Shown piece after piece: positions 9,807 through 19,501 of a stretch of DNA of 64,000 bases. The translations under genes were made by a program, and so were the position numbers. The stretch is from a virus. The notes under the pieces are model-generated. The model ran no database searches and was not told where the DNA came from. It saw only the letters and a program-made list of their open reading frames with translations. Position 1 is the stretch's first letter, and every line of letters begins with the position of its first letter. The DNA lies in IMG/VR virus record IMGVR_UViG_3300050343_000150, positions 1 to 64,000 of that record; one strand, given 5' to 3'.

Positions 9807-10879
9807 GTAAATTATCCTCACCTAGTGATTTCACAAATATAAATGTCAATTATACTAATGGTAGTGGGTATTATACTACTCATGGTGACATATCTAAGAT
9901 GCTACAAATAGCACCATTTACGACTGGAACTACACCTAGTATTGCAGAAGTAGGACTATTAATTAAGAAATCAGAAGAAAGAGTAGACGATATTGTAGGA
10001 CATAGTTATCGTCCAGTAATACATTCTAATGAATTTTATGGATTTGAAGCGTTTAATCATGGTGCTTATCCTGTTCACAGATTCAAAGACTATGTTGGCT
10101 TTGTACAATTAGAAAGACCTAGAGTTCAAAAAATTGTTAGGTTAGAAGTATGGCAAGGTGATAAGTATGTTGATTTAGCATCTGCAACTGCTAAGGTGAA
10201 AATGCCACCTACTCCTCAAAGTGGTAATTGGACTATTACCTTAGGTGTAGGAACTTATACATTTGTTCTTGATAAAGGAATAGATTTCTTTGACAATTTT
10301 GGTCCTAAAACTACTGCTAGTCAAGTAGCCGATGCTATTAACGAAGTTTTCCCCCATAAGACAGCGAAGTTTACAGGAGAAACTGCTGCTAAATCTATTA
10401 CTGCAAATGGTAATAATGCAGTTCATATTTCAGATTTCTTTTATGCCACAACAGATAGTGAAGGAGGAGACACCGTTATTATTTCATCACTACTATTAGG
10501 AGAAGATGGGTCTGCATGTACTATTTCTTCAACCCTTGGTTCAGTTACAGGGTTTACTGATAATCAAGACCAACGTAGGATGGGAGACTACTGGACGATT
10601 GACATTGATGGTAAAATATTCTTTTTGAAAAATTATCCTTACTTACGTTCTCATTCTGTCAGAGTTACATATGTCACTGGTGAAACGAGAGTTCCGGCTA
10701 CTGTACACGATGCGGCGACCAAGTTAGTTGCGGCTGAAATAATTAGACATGATGATAATTCTATACTTATCGCTGATACAGGTTCTAATATTGATTTAAA
10801 GACAAAACATGATATTCTTTTAGAAGAAGCCAATGCTATATTAGATGGTAAAAAGGACGTTATACATTTTATTGCGTGA
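9803..10879 (+). CDS. Putative head-tail adaptor/connector with inserted domain
   Basis: YTTHGDISKML...EERVDDIVG N-terminus and VRVTYVTG..RVPATVHDAATKLVAAEI C-terminus resemble gp6/gp15-like adaptors; position before tail genes. Confidence 0.6.
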   Translation: MSKLSSPSDFTNINVNYTNGSGYYTTHGDISKMLQIAPFTTGTTPSIAEVGLLIKKSEERVDDIVGHSYRPVIHSNEFYGFEAFNHGAYPVHRFKDYVGFVQLERPRVQKIVRLEVWQGDKYVDLASATAKVKMPPTPQSGNWTITLGVGTYTFVLDKGIDFFDNFGPKTTASQVADAINEVFPHKTAKFTGETAAKSITANGNNAVHISDFFYATTDSEGGDTVIISSLLLGEDGSACTISSTLGSVTGFTDNQDQRRMGDYWTIDIDGKIFFLKNYPYLRSHSVRVTYVTGETRVPATVHDAATKLVAAEIIRHDDNSILIADTGSNIDLKTKHDILLEEANAILDGKKDVIHFIA

Positions 10880-10883
10880 TATT

Positions 10884-11078
10884 ATGAGTGAAATTCGCAG
10901 GAAATTTTTTGAAATATTGCGTCTCGAAAAAGAACGTAATTTAGCATTAGAGGAAATATCAGAATTGATTGGGTTTGACATTAGTTTTTCTTCTGAATTA
11001 ATTATAAAAAATGCTACTGATACGTTTTTAAAACTGAGAACAAAGGAAAAAATTCAAGAGTTAATGGTGATGTTTTAA
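10884..11078 (+). CDS. Small hypothetical neck-region protein
   Basis: ATG 10884 after previous stop; TAAATG junction with next gene. Confidence 0.45.
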   Translation: MSEIRRKFFEILRLEKERNLALEEISELIGFDISFSSELIIKNATDTFLKLRTKEKIQELMVMF

Positions 11079-11612
11079 ATGGATGAAGTGACATTTATAA
11101 TTACATTACTAAGAGATAATTGGTCTAGTGCAGGAAGTGCATTAGTTTCTGCTGGTGAAATAACAGCCAGTCACAATGCTACACCTAAATTTATTGATGT
11201 TCGTTCAATAGAAGCAAATGAAGGAATGCGAGTTGATATCGATTCTGAATCAGTACTAATTGTATACGAAGATAGTGCGACTACTGGATATCGGTCTATT
11301 GACTATGCAGCGCGAGATGAAACATTTACCTTTACTCTACATCTACGAATTTTACACCGTCGAGATATGACAGTAAATACATTTTCTAGAGATAGATTAC
11401 AAGCATTATATCGAATCATCAGATATGTTTTAGAAAAGAATGCTTTTAGGCCAACTGTCTATACGACACCCGCAGACGACGCATCGCCGCCGATAGGAGA
11501 CGCAGATTTAATCAAGTTAACTAGTAGGAATGAAGCAAATGATAGAGGAAAAAGACTATTAGGGTATAAAATAGGCGTAGAAATGAAAAGATTCGCAAGG
11601 ACGACAATATAG
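11079..11612 (+). CDS. Putative tail completion/terminator protein
   Basis: Immediately upstream of tail tube; size and alpha/beta pattern typical of that position. Confidence 0.5.
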   Translation: MDEVTFIITLLRDNWSSAGSALVSAGEITASHNATPKFIDVRSIEANEGMRVDIDSESVLIVYEDSATTGYRSIDYAARDETFTFTLHLRILHRRDMTVNTFSRDRLQALYRIIRYVLEKNAFRPTVYTTPADDASPPIGDADLIKLTSRNEANDRGKRLLGYKIGVEMKRFARTTI

Positions 11613-11621
11613 GGTGAAAAA

Positions 11622-13148
11622 ATGGTAAGTAATGAAGTATTTGTAGGTGCTAATGCACAAGTTGGAATCGCTCCTGAAGTTGACATGTTTTTGAATGCAA
11701 TGGTAAGAACTAGCGATACTGTGTTGACACTACATTCATCTGCTAGTGATGTATATTTATTAGTTGAAGGGCTATATGTAGGATGTACTATCAAACTTAC
11801 TGCCGATGGAAGTACAGCAAGTCCTACTTACTACACTATTACCGCTAATACCACAACTACAATTACAGTAGATTCAACAATTGTACCGTCTAGTGGTGCT
11901 ATTGATGGTACAATATTATCGTTTGGTGCGCCTTGCTACGGGCCTAAAAACGGTACTGCTGGAACTATTCTTTCAGATAATTGGGTTGGGTTATTGAATA
12001 CATTTACCCCACCTAATGTAGAAGTAGAAATGAAACAACTTAATCTTGCTGCTGCTGGTGGAAGAAATTTTGATTTTCAATATAAAGGAGCAGAAACCGT
12101 TAGTGGCGGTTCTTTAGAATTATCATTAAATAACGGTTCGTGGTTATATTATGCTTTAGGTAAAATAACTAGTTTGTCAGAAGATGGTGCAGATACTGCT
12201 GTGGCAGGAACAAATGCAAAAAACGTTATGGCATATAATACGTCTAACAAAAATATAGTACGTTCTATTGGGAATAACTTGTATCCGGAATTTGCCGAGG
12301 GTGCAAACGAAGCAGCAGAAAATACTGTCAATATTTTACCAACTGGTACTAAATTTACATATACTTTTGGTGAAGCGGATGACGACGTATTGCCATCATT
12401 TGCACTAGATGTAGCATACCGCAAAGGAGGCCATAGTTCGACTACAACTTTAGATGCACTGACTCCTCATGAAAATATGTATTCTAGAATTTTTACAGGG
12501 TGTCAAGTCAATTCGCTAACTCTTAATTTTGAAGAAGGCCAAGAACTTACATCATCTGTTGAGTTAGTTACACGTAGAGCGTTTGACGCACCTAATGGAT
12601 ATCTACCACTACGCGGCAAAAACACTCTTGCTGCTACTACTAATACTAGTGCAACTGAGGCTGGTCTGATTAATTTTAGTGCAACTGATGCTGATAACTA
12701 TCCTTTCTTATTCTCCGATGGAAGCATCACACTATTTGGACAAACTGTTGCTAGAGTAAAAAGTGGTTCTATTACTATTAGTAATAACTTAACTCCACAG
12801 CGATTTATTGGTAATTACAATAGACAAATAGTATCTGCACATTTACCAGCACAGAGAACATATGAAATCTCATTAACTATGTTAATCACAGACACTAAAC
12901 TATGGGACGAACTTAGAAAAGATGCAGAGTCAACAGGTAGTCTAAAAGTAGAGTTTACAAAATCCGGAGGAGAAAAAATATCTCTTGAGTTTGCTGACTA
13001 TCTAATTAATTCAGTAACTATTCCTTTCCCCGAAGATAAGGGCGCGGTTGAAGCCGAAGTAACAGCACAGGCTAGAACATTAACTGCTGCTTCATATATA
13101 GGTAAATGGGCTATCCCAACTTTAGGCGGAACAGCAACAGGTAATTAG
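11622..13148 (+). CDS. Major tail tube protein
   Basis: SGGSLELSLNNGSWLYYALG, LPSFAL, RIFTGCQVNSLTL, QRTYEISLT; followed by chaperone and tape measure. Confidence 0.75.
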   Translation: MVSNEVFVGANAQVGIAPEVDMFLNAMVRTSDTVLTLHSSASDVYLLVEGLYVGCTIKLTADGSTASPTYYTITANTTTTITVDSTIVPSSGAIDGTILSFGAPCYGPKNGTAGTILSDNWVGLLNTFTPPNVEVEMKQLNLAAAGGRNFDFQYKGAETVSGGSLELSLNNGSWLYYALGKITSLSEDGADTAVAGTNAKNVMAYNTSNKNIVRSIGNNLYPEFAEGANEAAENTVNILPTGTKFTYTFGEADDDVLPSFALDVAYRKGGHSSTTTLDALTPHENMYSRIFTGCQVNSLTLNFEEGQELTSSVELVTRRAFDAPNGYLPLRGKNTLAATTNTSATEAGLINFSATDADNYPFLFSDGSITLFGQTVARVKSGSITISNNLTPQRFIGNYNRQIVSAHLPAQRTYEISLTMLITDTKLWDELRKDAESTGSLKVEFTKSGGEKISLEFADYLINSVTIPFPEDKGAVEAEVTAQARTLTAASYIGKWAIPTLGGTATGN

Positions 13149-13223
13149 GAGGCGTAACCAAACAGGTAACGCTTATTCCTTTTTTAATTCCACTAACACG
13201 TTTGTTTGTTAGTATATAGTTAG

Positions 13224-13604
13224 GTGGATAGAAAAATGATAGAAAGAAAAATTGTAAGTGATAAGAATGCGCTGTTCGCAAGAGCAGCAACCGAATGCCA
13301 TCAAATTAGGGTATCCCCTGATTCTGATGAATACCTCCAAGTATGGATTAAAGAACCAACTTGGTTACAGGTAGAACAGGCGTTATCGTCTGTAATGGAT
13401 ATGGATTCCCAAGGTCAAACTATGGGCATCAATCTAAACAAAATGTACCGTTACATGGTTGAGAACTTTGTAGAAAAGACTGAACCACATCTAAGTGCTA
13501 CTGAACTTATTCGATTAAATCCCTATATTGGTGCGCAACTAAAAGAAATACTCCCTAACCCATTCGTGGATGTTATGGGGGATGATATGGGAAACGAAAA
13601 CTAA
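13224..13604 (+). CDS. Tail assembly chaperone (gpG-like)
   Basis: Between tail tube and tape measure; ends with slippery heptamer. Confidence 0.75.
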   Translation: MDRKMIERKIVSDKNALFARAATECHQIRVSPDSDEYLQVWIKEPTWLQVEQALSSVMDMDSQGQTMGINLNKMYRYMVENFVEKTEPHLSATELIRLNPYIGAQLKEILPNPFVDVMGDDMGNEN

Positions 13605-13807
13605 TTCGGAGAGCATTAAAAGGAGGAAAGGTTGAATCGGCAATAGGTATGAAAATTATGCTTTATACTTATTGTACTACGTTCTCAATTAATCCTTCGG
13701 AGGCATACGAAACACCAGCATCGCTGATAAAAGAAATGTTAGAAATACATGGAGAAGTAAAGAGACTGGAATCGGAGGCAATAAATAAAGCAAAAAGTAG
13801 CACGTGA
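13589..13807 (+). other. Programmed -1 frameshift site G GGA AAC and gpGT-like extension
   Basis: Heptamer 13589-13595 is correctly phased (ATG GGA AAC); -1 frame stays open for 70 codons (RKLIRRALKGG...AKSST*) to 13807, filling the gap to the tape measure gene. Confidence 0.8.
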
Positions 13808-15822
13808 TTATAATGGCTGAAGATATTGACGACATGTTAGACAAGATAAGAGGGTCTTTCAATGATGTCGATACTCAAATTATCAATGGCGCAAAAAATA
13901 TGCGTGCCATGCAAAGTCAAATTAGTAAAACAAATAATATTCTAAAATCTGATGGATGGCAAATATTTTCTAGATTCATTTCAGGTTCAGGACTTTGGCA
14001 AATACAAAACAAAGTACGTGCTAGTATAATGCTAGTAGAAGGTATGATGAGTGCCGAAGAAAGACGTAGAAAAAAACAGGCAGAAGAATTGAAAACTCTT
14101 GCTGAAATTGCTAAATCTTCTGAAATAGTAAGAGAGATGAACGATAAAATTACTACCGCAATTAGAGGAACTGTTGCCGAAAGGGAAGCAGTTTCAGAAC
14201 AGTTGAAAAAAGAATCAGAAATTTATGCTGGTTTATTATTCAAATATGGAGACGCAACTGTTGCATTAAAAGCAATGCAAGACCAGTTATCTTACCAAGT
14301 TAAAAATGCAGATAAGTTAGAAAAAGCCGCAAATAGACGAGCAGCAGCAGAAAAAACAGGATTAATACGTGGGTCTAAAACCTTAGAGTTGGCTAATAAT
14401 ATATCAGATGCAATGGAATCAAAAGTGGAATCTATAAAGAAAGAAATTCCTTTTATGAGAGTTCTCAATACTGCTGGAGCGAGGTCTTTAGCAATGGAAG
14501 AAAAACTTGCAAAACTGAAAAGTGATTTACCTTTTAACTATTCTAATAAAATTGGTACAGCAATGAGTGCTGATGGTAGAGAAAGGTTGACAGGACCAAA
14601 AGTAAGAGGTAAAGGTAGCGACAAGGGTAAAATGGTTCAAAGATTTAACATTGGACAGAGATTCAATAAAAACCTAATAAAACAGGTTAAAGATATTCAG
14701 AAATTAGAAAAGAAAGCATCAAAAATTCGAAGTAAAGGAATTAAAAGAGCAGCAAGAATCGAAAAATGGGAAAAATCTTGGGTAGGTAGACCACTGCTAA
14801 ATATATGGAGACTTACTAAAAGAATGCTTGGCGGTTTACTTAAACTACTAATGACATTTTTGAAACTATCTGCTGTATTTTTATTAGTAATATTAGGTTT
14901 AGCACTATTGGCTTCATTACTAAAAGAAACTAAAGGACAATTGATTGAAGGATTTGAGGCTATGAAGCAAACGTTCTCTTTTGGTTTAGGTATAATTGGT
15001 AGTGGTCTAGGTAATTTAATAACGAGTGTTACTATGTTATGGGATGCATTACAAAGCGGAGAAATTGTAAATGCTTTACAAGCAGGTGGAGGAATACTAT
15101 ATTCAGTTGTCGAAATATTAAGTGGAATCATCGTTGCAACTATTGGAGCATTATTAGTTGGTATTGGGACATATTTGATGGGAGTATGGAAAATGGCAGG
15201 TGCGGAACTCACTAATACTAGAGAAAAATTCGTTGCTGGCTTTTTCAATGTAATAAGAGTAGTAGCAGGAATTGTAGCAGGAATTGCTTTCGTGGCGGCG
15301 TTAATATTTGGAATGCCAGCGATAATTGTTGGAGGAATTGCTTTAGCATTATTTATGGCTGCTACATTCGCATTAAAACACATTACCCCAATTACTAATT
15401 TCTTAGGTTCGATATATGATTTCTTTTTGGGCATTGCTGAATTCTTTGAGTTAGACAAACTTGCCAGTGCAATTGCTGACGCAGTAAGAGAAGCAGTACC
15501 TGACCCTAAGGGAACTGCCAAAGCAATTGGTGGAAGAATAAGAGGAATTGTAGGATTAGCCGAAGGTGGAAGAATAAGTCAAGGTGGACTCGCAGTTGTC
15601 GGAGAAAAAGGACCGGAATTAGTTACATTACCTAGAGGCGCGCAAGTACATTCTAATTCCCAATCTAGAGCAATGGCTTCTACTGTAACTAATAATATTA
15701 CAGTTCAGGTTACAGGAAGAGTAGGTGCTAACGATGCTGAAATTAGAGATATAGCACAAAAGGTATCTAGAGAAATAAACTCTCGAATGAATAGAACCTC
15801 AACAACGGCGGTGAACTTTTAA
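13804..15822 (+). CDS. Tail tape measure protein
   Basis: Long helical region, hydrophobic A/G/I/L repeats, C-terminal LAEGG...VGEKGPELV motif. Confidence 0.85.
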   Translation: MIIMAEDIDDMLDKIRGSFNDVDTQIINGAKNMRAMQSQISKTNNILKSDGWQIFSRFISGSGLWQIQNKVRASIMLVEGMMSAEERRRKKQAEELKTLAEIAKSSEIVREMNDKITTAIRGTVAEREAVSEQLKKESEIYAGLLFKYGDATVALKAMQDQLSYQVKNADKLEKAANRRAAAEKTGLIRGSKTLELANNISDAMESKVESIKKEIPFMRVLNTAGARSLAMEEKLAKLKSDLPFNYSNKIGTAMSADGRERLTGPKVRGKGSDKGKMVQRFNIGQRFNKNLIKQVKDIQKLEKKASKIRSKGIKRAARIEKWEKSWVGRPLLNIWRLTKRMLGGLLKLLMTFLKLSAVFLLVILGLALLASLLKETKGQLIEGFEAMKQTFSFGLGIIGSGLGNLITSVTMLWDALQSGEIVNALQAGGGILYSVVEILSGIIVATIGALLVGIGTYLMGVWKMAGAELTNTREKFVAGFFNVIRVVAGIVAGIAFVAALIFGMPAIIVGGIALALFMAATFALKHITPITNFLGSIYDFFLGIAEFFELDKLASAIADAVREAVPDPKGTAKAIGGRIRGIVGLAEGGRISQGGLAVVGEKGPELVTLPRGAQVHSNSQSRAMASTVTNNITVQVTGRVGANDAEIRDIAQKVSREINSRMNRTSTTAVNF

Positions 15823-16571
15823 TGGCAACAAGTGAAAATTATAGCACGTTTACAGTGTGGTTAGAATTACAAAGAAGAAATGAAGAGGGAGGAGATAGAG
15901 CCATAAATAGGATACCACTATTTCTTTCTGAGATAGGTATTACTACTACCAAAACAATACCTACAATTCCTATTCCTTTTGCTGCTATGGCTAGTGGAAA
16001 ATCAGAAACATTAGCATTTGATATGGGACTATCTAGTAAATCTCTTAGTTTAACTGGCATTCTATTAAATCAAACCATTGTAAAAAATACAGGAGAAGAT
16101 AGTAATTCTACTAAAGAACGGGTATTGTCACCATTTGAATTAGCGCAACTAATACACTCTTACGTTGATAGTAGTGTTGTACAGGATGACCAAGCAATAA
16201 ATAAATTAATTGTACTTATTCCTAGTAGGATAGATACTGAGTTTGATTATCACAATGCTAATACTGAAACACAAGATATTAGTGACCTACCTAGAATACC
16301 TTTTACTTTTGATAATAGACGATATGATGAAAGATTTAAACGGGCAGTAAATGATAATGTGGAAAGTGTAGTTGGAGGTAGTGATGTATTGGGATTGTCA
16401 CCAACATCGTCATTTACTCCAACGACTAATATAGACGATTTGAAAGGAATGTCAGGATTTATTCGTAATTTCTCTACTACTCTTTCGGGTGAACAACCTA
16501 ATTCTGTTGCTTTTACTATGGAGTTTGAGGTGGCAACGGTATTATCAGAAAATCCAATTAGTAACATGTAG
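15822..16571 (+). CDS. Putative distal tail/tail-tip protein
   Basis: Follows tape measure with TAATG overlap; DMGLSSKSLSLTG and GFIRNFST...FTMEF patterns. Confidence 0.55.
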   Translation: MATSENYSTFTVWLELQRRNEEGGDRAINRIPLFLSEIGITTTKTIPTIPIPFAAMASGKSETLAFDMGLSSKSLSLTGILLNQTIVKNTGEDSNSTKERVLSPFELAQLIHSYVDSSVVQDDQAINKLIVLIPSRIDTEFDYHNANTETQDISDLPRIPFTFDNRRYDERFKRAVNDNVESVVGGSDVLGLSPTSSFTPTTNIDDLKGMSGFIRNFSTTLSGEQPNSVAFTMEFEVATVLSENPISNM

Positions 16572-16579
16572 GTGATAAT

Positions 16580-19501
16580 ATGGTTAGTACAGTGCATGTT
16601 GGTAAAAGTCGAGCATTGGTTTTCCCAGTTATGTCTGATGGACACCTAAAATTTGAGTTTGATGATTCTAATTCAATAACATATAATTCTTCTACAATAA
16701 CTGTAAATTCTAATTCTTTAACTGAGGCTTCTAATGTTTCAGCAGCCACTGCTACTGGTTCTATAACTATTTCAAATTACGCAAACTTACCTGCAAATGG
16801 TGTAGAAGGTTATACTACTGCTGTGGCTTCTAGTTCTGCTTCATTCTCAGTTTCTACTCAACCAACAACAAGTAGTAGTACCTTAGATACGAGTACTACT
16901 TCTGCTGCTGTTGCAATGGGGGCTATAACATTCAGTACTGGTTGGAATCCTACTCCTATAACAGCAAGTACAACTGCTAGTAATAACAATGCTATCATTC
17001 TCAGGAACAGACAAACAGGTTCGGGAACTACTGCAAATAAAACATTCAGATTCTTTTACATCGATAATTCTGCTAGTAATGGTTTTCCTGCTGACATGCA
17101 AGGGCCTAGTGCAAGAATATCGGATATAGCAGGTATTAATGGTATGACTAACGGTGGTCTTACTGCTGATACATTAATTGCCTCAGGATATTTGGATAAT
17201 GATATATTCGTTCCTGAAGTGGGGTTAACTTCTAGTGGTAATAATCAACATTTTAGATTCATGTTAACCCAAGCAATCAATTCATTCAATGGTATTGGAA
17301 GCAACCCAAGTTCAGGGTTGGATATAACAGCCTCAACTTCCAATACCACTGGTGTTACAGGAAGTATTACGTTGACGCAAGATGCTGCTGGGACAGCAGG
17401 AAACCATAACACTACCCCTAACACTGGCCCTGTTATTGGTTCAACTATTGCTAATGGTAGTAAGTTGTCTGCTACTGTTTTCTCAGGAGGCACAAATGCA
17501 ACAAATGCAACTAATATCAATGAATATATGACAATTACTATGCGTAATAGTAGTGGTAATTTGGTCACAAAGAATTTTAAATTCATTCCATCTGCAAATG
17601 GTAATACTAATTCTGTCGGTACAACCGCTAATGGGACTTCGGTTGTTAGAGTAGTAATTGGTGGTAATACCACCGCAACTGCCAATGCTTTAAGAAATGC
17701 AATAAATCATACTAATGGTTTTAATTCGACAGTTGCTTCTGTTAGTGGTACAACAATAACAATATCTTCTCCTAGCCTAACTAATTTTAGTGGACAATCA
17801 ATTAGTCGAACTTCTGCATATAGTAGTGCAAGTATCTTAGGAAGTATTACTGGTTTTACTGGTGGTGTCCTTGCCCATGACCCCGGCTCTTACATACAAC
17901 TTACTGACTCTTTAGGAGTAGTAAAAAAATTCTCACCAGTTAAGGTAGGAGATGCTGTTTCAACAGGAGATACTGGTACGATATCAGTTAGTGGTAGTCC
18001 ACATAGTGTTATATTTTTTCAATTAGGAACTAATAACAATACTACTGCAACAAATTTAGGTACTGCAATTCATGGTGCTTCCGGTTTCAATATTACTAGG
18101 TCTGTAAGTAATAATATAATCACCTTAACTCAAGGTACAGTAGGCACAGATGGAAATACTAATATTGTTACTCAGACATTTGGAGGAACTAGTAAAAGTG
18201 ATTTTAGTGGTGGAGTTAATGCCGGTGCAAACGTACAAAATCAATATATTTCGATAACTAACTCTCAAGGGGGGGTTAAAAAATATCATGCTCACGCTAC
18301 TGAATCAAATGGAGCAACTAATAATACGTATGTTTGGTTTCAAAATGGAGCAGATAATAATGCTACCGCAGAGAATTTAAAAAATGCGATAATTAATGCT
18401 ACAAATGGACATGGACAGACATTAATAGTATCTCGAACTAATAACGTACTAACACTTACTGCTACTACTCAAGGTGGTAATGAAGCCTCTTCATTAAATA
18501 ACTTATCCGGAGTTGTATTGGCTAGTTGGAGTGGGGCTGGTAATTCCAGTTTAGGTAGTATATGGAACTATAATAGGAGTTTTACAATAGAAGCACTAAT
18601 TACCCCATATGACGTTAATGGTATTGGACATAGAACTACTGGTCAAGGTAGATTAGATAGTACAAAAACTCCACCTAGTCCAAACTTAGGTCTAGATAAC
18701 CAACTTGACGCAATTTCTAATTATCAGAGCGTTACCTTTTTTGGTGCAAATAGAAATACACATAAAATGATGCTTTTTGCAAATACTTATTTTAAGTTCT
18801 ATTTACAAAACACAACTTCTTCTAATTTTAATCAACCAGCAGAATATAAATTAGTTTGTGAAATTACTGATTCTTTATTCACACCCATAACTCATACTGT
18901 TGCAAGCGAACCTGTGTTTATTTCTAAGAGCAAATTATTTGGTTATTATGACCCAACTGGGTTTTATTCAGGGGCAACTACTTCGTTGGCTAGAATTTCT
19001 ACTACTGCTTCAGCATCTTCATCTAATATTACCGTTAGCAGTGGTGAGGCTAATGCTATTTCAACCGGAAATAAAATATATGATTCTAGCGGTGTGTTAA
19101 TAGGTACAGTTTCTTCAGTTTCATCTAACACTATTACACTATCTGCATCTCCTGCGACTACTGTAACTTCTACAATTTATACCTCACAACCTAAAGAAGC
19201 ATTGTATGTAGAACAAATTTCTAGAGTCTCATGTGTTTTTAATGGAAATACTGTCACATTGTATGTTAATGGAAACATTGTAAAGGCTGCAAGAGTAAAC
19301 ATAGGCCATTTTACTATGCATCCTTCTGACTGTTTCATTGGTCAGGATGGTAATCTTGATGCTACAAACAGAAAACAAACACAATTTATGGGAGAGTTAT
19401 ATGAGATTTCTATGTGTAAGGGTGCATCTACTAGTTTGTCAAATACTTCATTAGACCCTAATTATGCACAAACATTATTTTATTATAGGTTTGGTGAATG
19501 A
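16580..19501 (+). CDS. Tail protein with internal repeats and LamG/concanavalin-like C-terminal domain
   Basis: SFTIEALITP, LYVNG, CFIGQ, FMGELYEI; S/T/G/N-rich repeats of the form TA.NL..AI. Confidence 0.6.
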   Translation: MVSTVHVGKSRALVFPVMSDGHLKFEFDDSNSITYNSSTITVNSNSLTEASNVSAATATGSITISNYANLPANGVEGYTTAVASSSASFSVSTQPTTSSSTLDTSTTSAAVAMGAITFSTGWNPTPITASTTASNNNAIILRNRQTGSGTTANKTFRFFYIDNSASNGFPADMQGPSARISDIAGINGMTNGGLTADTLIASGYLDNDIFVPEVGLTSSGNNQHFRFMLTQAINSFNGIGSNPSSGLDITASTSNTTGVTGSITLTQDAAGTAGNHNTTPNTGPVIGSTIANGSKLSATVFSGGTNATNATNINEYMTITMRNSSGNLVTKNFKFIPSANGNTNSVGTTANGTSVVRVVIGGNTTATANALRNAINHTNGFNSTVASVSGTTITISSPSLTNFSGQSISRTSAYSSASILGSITGFTGGVLAHDPGSYIQLTDSLGVVKKFSPVKVGDAVSTGDTGTISVSGSPHSVIFFQLGTNNNTTATNLGTAIHGASGFNITRSVSNNIITLTQGTVGTDGNTNIVTQTFGGTSKSDFSGGVNAGANVQNQYISITNSQGGVKKYHAHATESNGATNNTYVWFQNGADNNATAENLKNAIINATNGHGQTLIVSRTNNVLTLTATTQGGNEASSLNNLSGVVLASWSGAGNSSLGSIWNYNRSFTIEALITPYDVNGIGHRTTGQGRLDSTKTPPSPNLGLDNQLDAISNYQSVTFFGANRNTHKMMLFANTYFKFYLQNTTSSNFNQPAEYKLVCEITDSLFTPITHTVASEPVFISKSKLFGYYDPTGFYSGATTSLARISTTASASSSNITVSSGEANAISTGNKIYDSSGVLIGTVSSVSSNTITLSASPATTVTSTIYTSQPKEALYVEQISRVSCVFNGNTVTLYVNGNIVKAARVNIGHFTMHPSDCFIGQDGNLDATNRKQTQFMGELYEISMCKGASTSLSNTSLDPNYAQTLFYYRFGE

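Noticed and set aside
13150-13215. T-tract and short inverted repeat (actaaca...tgttagt) after the tail tube gene
   Set aside because: Plausible weak terminator, but too short to distinguish from chance in AT-rich DNA
14697-15521. Long antisense ORFs here and opposite the fibre genes
   Set aside because: Shadow ORFs from biased codon use of A/G/T/I-rich proteins on the coding strand
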